From positions 36,319 to 100,318 of the IMG/VR virus record IMGVR_UViG_3300006802_012847: a stretch of 64,000 nucleotides of DNA. One strand, given 5' to 3'. Shown piece by piece: positions 50,543 through 59,154 of the stretch (position 1 is its first letter; every line of letters begins with the position of its first letter). Source of the DNA: a virus. The notes under the pieces were generated by a model. It was given only the letters and a program-made list of their open reading frames with translations, ran no database searches and was not told the origin of the DNA. Position numbers and translations under genes: made by a program.

Positions 50543-51610
50543 ATGAGTGTGTTTACTTCCAACGAAAAGAAAAGATTGTTTTCGCTTTTTGAAAACGTCA
50601 AGGAGGAAGACAGAGTTGGCGGTCTTAATGTGACCGCCGACTCTGATATTCTTATTGTTGATGGTCTTAATACATTTATTAGATCGTTTATGGCAGTGCC
50701 GTCAATGAATGACGATGGTATGCACACTGGAGGAATTGCGGGATTTTTAAAAAGTGTAGGATATGCTATTAAACTTTTAAAACCTACAAAAGTTGTAGTA
50801 GTATTTGACGGTCATGGTGGCAGTCAAAAACGTAGAAAAATTTTTCCAGATTATAAACGAGGACGTAAAACAAAGATTAGATTTAATAGAACTTATCAAG
50901 AAATGTCTAGTAGTGACATTGAAGATAAAAATATAAGAATGGAATTGTTGAGGCTTGTAAATTATTTAGAAGTACTGCCCGTTACATCTATGTCTATTGA
51001 TAACATAGAAGCAGACGACACAATTGCATATTTGTCCACAGATACATTTAAAGATAAAAATGTAACTATTATGTCTTCAGATAAAGACTTTTTACAATTA
51101 GCTAGTGATAAAGTAAAAATCTGGAGTCCTACAAAGAAAAAAATATTTGGTTGTAAAGAAATATTAGATGAGTACGGAATAACTTGTAATAACTTTGTAT
51201 ATTACAGAATTATGGAAGGCGATGATAGTGATAGTATACCTGGAATTAAAGGTGCTGGATTAAAAACTATATTAAAAGCATTTCCATTTTTAGCAAATGA
51301 AGAACAAGTTTCTTTACAAGAAATATATAATTATGCTGAAAATCATAAATCTAAATACAGAATTTATGAAAGAGTATTAGAAGAAAAATTAACGATGGAA
51401 AGAAATCTTGAGTTGATGCAACTTAAAGATACTCAGATTCAAAGTTTCACTCAACTACGCATTGAAGAAATTCTTCAGAAACCTGTTCCACACTTAAATA
51501 AGTTGGCATTCAGTAAACTTATTAATGAAGATAAAATGTGGAACAACTTACCTAACTATATTGTATGGCTTAATGAAACATGGGGCCGTGTAAATAGCTT
51601 CGTAATTTAA
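50543..51610 (+). CDS. 5'-3' exonuclease (PolI N-domain / T4 RNase H-like)
   Basis: IVDGLN, VFDG, YKRGR, EADD, SSDKDFLQL, GDDSDSIPGIKGAG. Confidence 0.92.
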   Translation: MSVFTSNEKKRLFSLFENVKEEDRVGGLNVTADSDILIVDGLNTFIRSFMAVPSMNDDGMHTGGIAGFLKSVGYAIKLLKPTKVVVVFDGHGGSQKRRKIFPDYKRGRKTKIRFNRTYQEMSSSDIEDKNIRMELLRLVNYLEVLPVTSMSIDNIEADDTIAYLSTDTFKDKNVTIMSSDKDFLQLASDKVKIWSPTKKKIFGCKEILDEYGITCNNFVYYRIMEGDDSDSIPGIKGAGLKTILKAFPFLANEEQVSLQEIYNYAENHKSKYRIYERVLEEKLTMERNLELMQLKDTQIQSFTQLRIEEILQKPVPHLNKLAFSKLINEDKMWNNLPNYIVWLNETWGRVNSFVI

Positions 51611-51634
51611 AACCCTAAACCCTAAAAATAAAAG

Positions 51635-51663
51635 TTGATTATGCTACGCATGATGTGTAGTAT
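51635..51663 (+). promoter_or_regulatory. sigma70-type promoter for helicase
   Basis: TTGATT-17-TAGTAT. Confidence 0.5.
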
Positions 51664-51686
51664 GGCGCTTGTAAATTGTAAAACAT

Positions 51687-53075
51687 ATGGAAGATAAAAT
51701 CATTATAGATAATTTGAAGAAGTTTGGAAATGAATTCCAAATTAAGTGTATTTCTGGACTAGTATCCGACAGACCATTTATTGAAAGGTTGTGCGATATT
51801 GTAGAACCAGAGTTTTTTGAAAGTGAAGCTCACAAGTGGATTGTAAAAAATAGTATTAAGTATTTTAATGAATACAGAGATTTACCTACTCTAAATGTTT
51901 TTAAAGTAAGATTAGAAAGTGTTACTAATGAAGCATTAAAAATGAGTATTGTTAATAATCTCAAAGTTGTTTATCAAAAGATGAATGATGGGGATTTAAT
52001 TTTCATCAAAGAACAGTTTCTAGAATTCTGTAAAAATCAAAAGTTAAAGAATGCTATTAATGAAAGTGTCGATCTATTAGTTTCTGGTCAATATGAAAAA
52101 ATTAAAAGCAAAGTTGATGAAGCATTAAAAGCTGGAATGGAACGAAATATCGGTCATGACTATGAATTGGATGTAGATAAACGAATGACAGTTATGGCTA
52201 GAGATTCTATCAAGACAAATTGGGAAGTTGTTGATTCATTGATGGATGGTGGACTTGCTGCTGGAGAGTTAGGAATTATTACTGCTTGTGCTGGATCTGG
52301 TAAGAGTTGGGTATTGGCAAAACTAGGAGCAGAAGCAATGAGACAAGGTAAGAATGTTCTTCATTTTACTTTGGAGTTGAATGAAAATTATGTTGGTCTA
52401 CGATATGACAGTTGTTTTACTGGCATTGACTTTCAAAATATCAGAAACAACATTGATATAGTAAAACAAAAAATTGAAGCCGTGCCTGGAAAGTTGAAGA
52501 TTAAGTATTTCCCAATCAAAACCGTTTCAGCTCACAGTCTTAAAGCTCATTGTGAACGCATTCATACTCTTGGAACTAAGATTGATATGATCATTGTAGA
52601 TTATGCTGATATTCTTCGACCAATACACAGTGAACGAAATAGTAATAGTTATAGTGAGGCTGGTGGAATTTATGAAGAATTGAGAAGTGTGGCTGGAGAA
52701 CTTCAAGTTCCAATTTGGAGTGCCTCTCAAAGTAATAGAGCTGCTATGGATGCTGATATTATTGAAGCAAATAATATTGCTGATAGTTATCGTAAAATCA
52801 TGACAGCGGATTTTGTTATGAGTCTCAGTCGTAAAGTTACTGACAAAGTAAACAACACAGCACGATTTCATATCATCAAAAATAGGTTCGGTCCAGATGG
52901 TTTAACTTTCCCAAGTAAAATGAATGCTGGGTGTGGACAAATCGAAATTTACAGCGATTCTTCAAGAGAGGGAATGGCTCTTCAAAATGAGATGATGGAT
53001 GGAGAAAATCAAGTTAAAAAGATATTAAAAAATAAATGGAATGCTCATAATACTGATGATGACGATGACGTGTAA
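51687..53075 (+). CDS. DnaB-like replicative helicase (gp41-like)
   Basis: AGSGKS, FTLEL, IVDYAD, ASQSNR, IKNRFGPDG. Confidence 0.93.
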   Translation: MEDKIIIDNLKKFGNEFQIKCISGLVSDRPFIERLCDIVEPEFFESEAHKWIVKNSIKYFNEYRDLPTLNVFKVRLESVTNEALKMSIVNNLKVVYQKMNDGDLIFIKEQFLEFCKNQKLKNAINESVDLLVSGQYEKIKSKVDEALKAGMERNIGHDYELDVDKRMTVMARDSIKTNWEVVDSLMDGGLAAGELGIITACAGSGKSWVLAKLGAEAMRQGKNVLHFTLELNENYVGLRYDSCFTGIDFQNIRNNIDIVKQKIEAVPGKLKIKYFPIKTVSAHSLKAHCERIHTLGTKIDMIIVDYADILRPIHSERNSNSYSEAGGIYEELRSVAGELQVPIWSASQSNRAAMDADIIEANNIADSYRKIMTADFVMSLSRKVTDKVNNTARFHIIKNRFGPDGLTFPSKMNAGCGQIEIYSDSSREGMALQNEMMDGENQVKKILKNKWNAHNTDDDDDV

Positions 53076-53191
53076 TGTATATTTTTGATATTAATAAAAC
53101 GGCCAATAAAAAAGTTAAAAAATTTTAGTTAATGGGGTAAGATACATTTATTTGAGTCATAGTTATTAACTACCGAGTTATCATTTTGTTT

Positions 53192-55480
53192 ATGAAAAAA
53201 GATATTTTTATTAAAAAAAGAGGTGGAACCGTCGAAAATTTTAGTGCGGATAAGATCAATAGGGTATTGCAGTGGGCAACTGACGGTATCAAGGGGGTCA
53301 GTTTTGAAGAAGTGGCGATGAACGCACATTTAAACTTCTTTGATGGAATGACATCTAAAGATATTCATTCTATGTTAATTGAAGCAGCTGCTAATTTAAT
53401 CAGTGAAGAAAAGTCAAATTATCAGTTTGTTGCTTCTAGATTGTTAAATTATCAGTTAAGAAAAGAAGTATGGGGTGGCAAAAATCCACCTAAGTTGTAC
53501 GATATCGTTAAAGATAATATTAGTAATTTGGTCTATGATGAAGATATTTTAAAGTGGTATACAAAACAAGAGTTTGATAAGTTAGATGAGTATTTAAAAC
53601 ACGATAGAGATTTTTCATTTTCATATGCTGGAATTAAACAGTTGTGTGATAAATACCTTGTTCAAAATAGATCTATTAAAAAGATTTATGAAACACCTCA
53701 GATTGCTTATATGTTAATTGCCATGACGTTCTTTAAAGATTATAAGGATCGTCGAATAGAATTAGTCAAAAGAGCATATACATACTTTAGTAAACATAAA
53801 ATCAATTTGCCTACTCCTATTATGGCTGGAGTAAGAACTCCGATGAAGAGTTATGCTAGTTGTTCATTATTTACAGTTGCTGATACATTAAAGAGTATTT
53901 TTAGTAATAATAGTGCTGTTGGTTTTGCTACTGCTAGTAGATACGGTATTGGATTAAACTTATCACGATTAAGAGCAACAAATTCGCCAATCAGAAATGG
54001 CGAAGTAATTCATACAGGTCCAATTCCATTTGCTAAGACATTTGAAAGTACTGTTAAAAGTTGTCACCAAAATGGTATTCGTGGAGGAAGTGCTACTGTA
54101 AACTTTTCATGGTTTCATTATGACATCATGGATATTTTAGTTCTCAAGAACAATACTGGTACAGATGATAATCGAGTTCGTAAATTAGATTACTGTATTG
54201 GTATGGATAAAGTTCTATTTGAAAGATTTTTAAAGAACGAAGAAGTAACACTATTCAGTTATCATGAATGTCCACAATTGTGGGATAGCTTTGGATTTGA
54301 AAATTTTAAAGAAAATTACGAAGCTGCTGAAAATAATAAGAATATAAAATTTAAGAAAAAGATCTCAGCTAGAGAATTAATGATGTTATTGGCTAAAGAA
54401 CGTCTGGAGACTGGACGTATTTATACAATGTTTGTTGATCATGCAAATTTCCATGGAAGTTGGTTGGAACAAGTAGATACTAGTAATCTTTGTTTGGAGG
54501 TAAATCAGCCATTGATTCCCATTGAAGATGTTAATGATCCAAATGGTGAAATTGGTGTTTGTATTCTTGCTGCTGTCAATTGGCTTGAAATTCAAAACGA
54601 CACTGAGATGAAAAATGTCTGTGAAATCATTGTTAGGATGTTAGATTCTTTAATTGAACATCAAGATTACTTTGTGCCTGCTGCTGAAAACTTTGCTAAG
54701 AAACGTAGAAGTTTGGGTGTGGGTGTTAGCAACTTGGCTGCTTTGTTGGCAAAAGAAGGTGTTAAGTATTGGGACGAAGCTGCTCCTAATATTGTAGCTA
54801 GATGGATGGAAAAACAAAGTTATTATTTGATTGAAGCATCTGTTCAAATGGCAAAAGAAATGGGTGTATGTGAAAAATTTGAAAAATCTAAATTTAGTAA
54901 AGCAATATTGCCTATTGACACATACAAGCCAGACATCAATGAATTTATTACAGAACCTCTCAACATGGATTGGGAAGCTCTTAGAAAAGATATTAAGAAA
55001 TATGGAATGAGACATTCTACTTTAACAGCTTGTATGCCTGTTGAATCTAGTAGTGTTATTCAAAGTTCAACAAATGGAATTGAACCACCTCGTAGTTTAA
55101 TTAGTTATAAAGGAAGCAAAAGTAACATTTTACCTGTTGTAGTTCCTGGCATTGAAAAGTATAAACAAAATTATACGTTTGCTTTTGACATGCCTAATAA
55201 TGAAGGTTATTTAAAAGTTGCTGCTGCTATACAAAAGTTTACGGATATGAGTATTAGTACCAACACATATTACATTCCGTCGCGTTATCAAAATAATAAG
55301 GTACCTGTTCAAGAAGTTATTAAAGATATGTTATTAGCATACAAATATGGCATCAAAAATCTGTATTACGCAAATACCGATGATGGTGATAAACAAACCG
55401 CAATGAATACATCTGGAACCACCAACGATAGACAGATTATGGAAGAATCAGGTTGTGCTAGTGGGGCTTGTGCATTATAA
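53192..55480 (+). CDS. nrdA: ribonucleotide reductase class Ia alpha subunit with ATP cone
   Basis: IKKRGG ATP cone, PTPIMAG, ASCSL, SNLCLE, GVCIL, MPVESSS, LYY, C-terminal CASGAC. Confidence 0.96.
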   Translation: MKKDIFIKKRGGTVENFSADKINRVLQWATDGIKGVSFEEVAMNAHLNFFDGMTSKDIHSMLIEAAANLISEEKSNYQFVASRLLNYQLRKEVWGGKNPPKLYDIVKDNISNLVYDEDILKWYTKQEFDKLDEYLKHDRDFSFSYAGIKQLCDKYLVQNRSIKKIYETPQIAYMLIAMTFFKDYKDRRIELVKRAYTYFSKHKINLPTPIMAGVRTPMKSYASCSLFTVADTLKSIFSNNSAVGFATASRYGIGLNLSRLRATNSPIRNGEVIHTGPIPFAKTFESTVKSCHQNGIRGGSATVNFSWFHYDIMDILVLKNNTGTDDNRVRKLDYCIGMDKVLFERFLKNEEVTLFSYHECPQLWDSFGFENFKENYEAAENNKNIKFKKKISARELMMLLAKERLETGRIYTMFVDHANFHGSWLEQVDTSNLCLEVNQPLIPIEDVNDPNGEIGVCILAAVNWLEIQNDTEMKNVCEIIVRMLDSLIEHQDYFVPAAENFAKKRRSLGVGVSNLAALLAKEGVKYWDEAAPNIVARWMEKQSYYLIEASVQMAKEMGVCEKFEKSKFSKAILPIDTYKPDINEFITEPLNMDWEALRKDIKKYGMRHSTLTACMPVESSSVIQSSTNGIEPPRSLISYKGSKSNILPVVVPGIEKYKQNYTFAFDMPNNEGYLKVAAAIQKFTDMSISTNTYYIPSRYQNNKVPVQEVIKDMLLAYKYGIKNLYYANTDDGDKQTAMNTSGTTNDRQIMEESGCASGACAL

Positions 55481-55492
55481 TAACGAAAGTAT

Positions 55493-56551
55493 ATGAAGAC
55501 TGTGCTAAATAAATCTAATATTGACCAATTGAAAAATCCGATGTTTTTCGGTGAAGACCTATCATTACAACGATACGATTTGATTAAGTATCCAAAATTC
55601 TATGATTTGTATGATCAACAACTAAATTTCTTTTGGAGACCACAAGAAGTCACTTTAGTAAAAGATATCAGTGATTATAAATCATTGTCGGCAGAAGAAA
55701 GATTTGTGTTTGATAGTAACCTTAAATTTCAAACTATGACTGACAGTATGTTAAGTCGTAGTATTCACGAATTAATGAAACATGTTACTAATTCTGAATT
55801 AGAAATTTGTATGAACACGTGGAGTTTCTTTGAAACAATTCATAGTAATTCTTACACATATATTCTTCAGAATGTATATCCAGATGCTACTAAGTTTTTT
55901 AATAGTATTTTGGAAGATGAACAGATCGTCAAAAGAGCAAAGGCTATTAGTAAGAAGTATGACTTATTATTAAGTAGTAAAGGAGATGAAAAACAACAAA
56001 TGTTTGACGCTATTTTAGCAACACAGATCACAGAAGGTCTTATATTTTATGTATCTTTTGCTTGTAGTTTTTATTTCGGATATCGTGGTAAAATGGAAGG
56101 AAATGCTAAAATTATTAAATTTATTTCTAGAGACGAAAATTTACACGTTGCTATCACTCAAAATATTATGAAAAACTGGGCTAATAATTCGTCCGAAGGA
56201 TTTCAAGATATTGTTAAGAAAAGCGAGGATAAAGTATATGCTGCTTATGAAATGGCAGTTAATGCTGAAAAAGATTGGGCTGACTATTTGTTCAGTAAAG
56301 GGAGTTTGGTAGGATTAACTGCTGAAAGTCTAAAACATTATATAGAATGGTTGGCAAATAATAGATTGACGAGTTTAGGGTACAAGAAACTCTATCCAAA
56401 TGCTAAGACAAATCCTTTATCTGGGTGGCTAGATAGTTACTACGATAGTAAGAAATTACAAGTTGCTCCGCAAGAAACAGAGTTAAGTAGCTATGTTAAA
56501 GGAGTTGATAATACAATAAATGAAGACGCTTTTGCTGATTTTAAATTATAA
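55493..56551 (+). CDS. nrdB: ribonucleotide reductase class Ia beta subunit
   Basis: FFWRPQE, ETIHSNSY, EGLIFY, RDENLH, APQETELSSY. Confidence 0.96.
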   Translation: MKTVLNKSNIDQLKNPMFFGEDLSLQRYDLIKYPKFYDLYDQQLNFFWRPQEVTLVKDISDYKSLSAEERFVFDSNLKFQTMTDSMLSRSIHELMKHVTNSELEICMNTWSFFETIHSNSYTYILQNVYPDATKFFNSILEDEQIVKRAKAISKKYDLLLSSKGDEKQQMFDAILATQITEGLIFYVSFACSFYFGYRGKMEGNAKIIKFISRDENLHVAITQNIMKNWANNSSEGFQDIVKKSEDKVYAAYEMAVNAEKDWADYLFSKGSLVGLTAESLKHYIEWLANNRLTSLGYKKLYPNAKTNPLSGWLDSYYDSKKLQVAPQETELSSYVKGVDNTINEDAFADFKL

Positions 56552-56598
56552 ATAATATAATTTTTGTTAATCATGTAATATTTATATGTAGAAATATT

Positions 56599-57237
56599 AT
56601 GAACAATAGAGTTAAACTAAAAAAAGTCATTAAAACGCTCGTAGAACAAGTAATTAAAGAAAAAACTACAGCTGTAGACAGAACCTGGGCTAGAATGATG
56701 GAATCTTTATCGGGTGCCATCAAAAAACCAATTGTTTTGGATGATGCTGGAAATTATAATATTTGTGAATGTGAGCCACATCATATTAGCTTAAGACCTA
56801 TTGTTCATGATGTTTTTGACCTTCTTTATATTAAGGATGGTGTAGAAAGACAGAAAGTTTTATTTGTACCATTTGAAGATGTTAAAAAATATGTTAAAGA
56901 ATGGTTGAATTCAAAAGAACTCAACTATGTTGATAACGAATATGACCGTTGTGTAGAAAACAGTAAAGACAAAGAAGGTGGAAAGAAAGCTGATAAACAA
57001 GCTGATGATTTGGCTGTAGATCCAGAAAAAGACTATGCTCCTGTCAAAAATATAAAAGCAGAAGACGAAAATCCTAAAGAAGACGATCCTACAGAACCAA
57101 TGCGACCTGCTGGTAAATTTGAAAGACAAATCGATTATAAGTCTAAGAAACCAAATTATGAACCACCTAAATTACCAAAGAATCTTAATAAATTAGTAGT
57201 GAAATATTCTAAATTGAATGGCAAACCTAGAAAATAG
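56599..57237 (+). CDS. hypothetical late protein
   Basis: Leader KLKKVIKTLVEQVIKE; TATTTAT at 56579. Confidence 0.6.
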   Translation: MNNRVKLKKVIKTLVEQVIKEKTTAVDRTWARMMESLSGAIKKPIVLDDAGNYNICECEPHHISLRPIVHDVFDLLYIKDGVERQKVLFVPFEDVKKYVKEWLNSKELNYVDNEYDRCVENSKDKEGGKKADKQADDLAVDPEKDYAPVKNIKAEDENPKEDDPTEPMRPAGKFERQIDYKSKKPNYEPPKLPKNLNKLVVKYSKLNGKPRK

Positions 57238-57258
57238 TAATTAATAGTCGTTTTCAGT

Positions 57259-57540
57259 ATGTCAAACGAAGAGTTCAATCCAAATAGTTACGATGCTATT
57301 TTAGGTGGCATTAAAAGTGAACTTCATAGCATAAATGAATCATTGACTAATTTAGAAGATAATCAAGGTCAAATTCATAAACGCATAAGTGATTTAGACT
57401 TAAAGGTTACAAAAAATGTTACGGATGTTAATAATAAAGTTGTTGCTTTAGAATATTTTAAGAATTATTTAATGGGAGCAGTTGCTGTATTTAGTAGCAT
57501 CGCATCTTACTTTTTTGTCAAATTTTTTGGGGAGAAATAA
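57259..57540 (+). CDS. coiled-coil protein with C-terminal TM helix (XhlA/holin-like)
   Basis: Heptad region followed by YLMGAVAVFSSIASYFFV. Confidence 0.5.
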   Translation: MSNEEFNPNSYDAILGGIKSELHSINESLTNLEDNQGQIHKRISDLDLKVTKNVTDVNNKVVALEYFKNYLMGAVAVFSSIASYFFVKFFGEK

Positions 57541-57572
57541 TATTTAAACCGAAACTAAAAGAAAGGTGATAT

Positions 57573-58016
57573 ATGAAAAAACTGATTATTGGTGCTTTGT
57601 TGGCATCATTAGTAATAACACAGCCTGTAGCAAATGCGGGTGATAAAGAATGGGCGGTTGCAGGAAAAATATTAACAGGTTTATTTGTTTTAGATAAAAT
57701 TGTAAGCCCGCCGCCACCTCAAGTAGTTTACACTCAACCAACAGTCGTTTATACACAACCTACAACTGTCACATCGACAACTGTAGTACAACCGACAACA
57801 GTGACGACTACAACGCAACATGCGATTGTACAACCACAAATCATTGTGCAACAACCCACAGTGGTTTATCATCAACCAATGATGCCATATTATAGTCAAT
57901 ATGCGCCGACATGTTCTACAAGCAGAAGCACATCTCTTGTGTTTAATTTTGGAAGTAGATCAAGTAGATCATCTTACCATCGTGAATGTGCTCCAATGCG
58001 TAGACATCAACGATAA
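57573..58016 (+). CDS. secreted Pro/Thr/Val-rich protein
   Basis: Signal peptide ending ANA|GDKEW; QPTVV repeats; SD GAAAGG. Confidence 0.6.
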   Translation: MKKLIIGALLASLVITQPVANAGDKEWAVAGKILTGLFVLDKIVSPPPPQVVYTQPTVVYTQPTTVTSTTVVQPTTVTTTTQHAIVQPQIIVQQPTVVYHQPMMPYYSQYAPTCSTSRSTSLVFNFGSRSSRSSYHRECAPMRRHQR

Positions 58017-58035
58017 ATAAAAATAACATTTAGTG

Positions 58036-58068
58036 AAAAAAAACCACGATTAATTTCGTGGTTTTTTT
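58036..58068. terminator. intrinsic terminator, possibly bidirectional
   Basis: A8-CCACGA-ttaatt-TCGTGG-T7. Confidence 0.8.
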
Positions 58069-58078
58069 ATTTTTGCCA

Positions 58079-58107
58079 TTGACATTTTTTAAAAGATCGC
58101 ATACTAT
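58079..58107 (+). promoter_or_regulatory. sigma70-type leaderless promoter
   Basis: TTGACA-17-TACTAT, ATG 6 nt downstream. Confidence 0.75.
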
Positions 58108-58113
58108 CAATAT

Positions 58114-59103
58114 ATGGTTAAAAACAAAAAGAAAGCTACTACTGAAATGAATGTTAATTTGATCACCAGCAAGAATTTTGATATGAAATCATATTTGAAT
58201 GATTGTGTTGAACTTCGACCATCTTCTCTCATCATGGAAGATATTAAGTGGAAATATCTTGTACGATCTGCTTTACGTGGCAAGAATATTCTTATGCTTG
58301 GACCCACGGGATGTGGTAAAACCCTCGCTGCTCAGACTATTGCCAATGTTCTAAAAAAAGATTCTAATTTCTTTTACTTTAATCTAGGTGCTACTCAAGA
58401 TGCACGAGCATCTTTAATTGGCAATACCCATTTTGATAAGTCTACTGGAACATTTTTTAAAGAATCTAGTTTTGTTAAAGCAATTAGAACTCCAAATGCT
58501 ATTATTCTTTTGGACGAAATTAGTCGTTGTCATCACGATGGTGTTAATATTCTAATGACTGTTTTAGATGATCTTCAACGGTATTTGAGGCTTGATGAAA
58601 AAGAAGATAGTGAGGTAGTGAATGTTGCTAAAGGAGTTACGTTTATTGCTACAGCTAATGTTGGCAATGAATATACCGCTACCAGAGTGATGGATCGTGC
58701 TCTTTTGAGTAGGTTCCCTGTCAAGATTGAAATGGAACCATTGAAGAAAGACAAAGAATTTGCTTTATTAAAAGACAGATTTAATATTGAAAATGAAGAT
58801 GATCTACACTTATTGGAAAGTGTATGTGATATTGCTGAACATACAAGAACCCAAGTGAAGCTAGAAGAAAGTAAGCTTACAAATTTCATTCCAACACGTG
58901 CTACTGTAGAAATTGCTGAACTTATTGTTGATGGTTTTAGTTTAGTTGAAATTGCCGAGACTACAATTTACCCTAATTTTAGTGACGATGGCGGTGTAGA
59001 CAGCGAACGAACTTACATGAAACAATTAGTGCAAAAATATATTAAGTCCACAGATGAAGAACTTTTCACTGATCCTACAAATGAATCTCAAGTGCCGTTT
59101 TGA
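58114..59103 (+). CDS. MoxR/CbbQ-type AAA+ ATPase
   Basis: GPTGCGKT, ILLDEISR, ATAN, MDRALLSRF. Confidence 0.88.
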   Translation: MVKNKKKATTEMNVNLITSKNFDMKSYLNDCVELRPSSLIMEDIKWKYLVRSALRGKNILMLGPTGCGKTLAAQTIANVLKKDSNFFYFNLGATQDARASLIGNTHFDKSTGTFFKESSFVKAIRTPNAIILLDEISRCHHDGVNILMTVLDDLQRYLRLDEKEDSEVVNVAKGVTFIATANVGNEYTATRVMDRALLSRFPVKIEMEPLKKDKEFALLKDRFNIENEDDLHLLESVCDIAEHTRTQVKLEESKLTNFIPTRATVEIAELIVDGFSLVEIAETTIYPNFSDDGGVDSERTYMKQLVQKYIKSTDEELFTDPTNESQVPF

Positions 59104-59117
59104 TTTAAAAAAAGTGG

Positions 59118-59146
59118 TTGACAAAGTGGCAGTTTTATTATAAACT
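59118..59146 (+). promoter_or_regulatory. sigma70-type promoter, near-leaderless
   Basis: TTGACA-17-TAAACT, ATG 8 nt downstream. Confidence 0.7.
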
Positions 59147-59154
59147 ACGCATAT

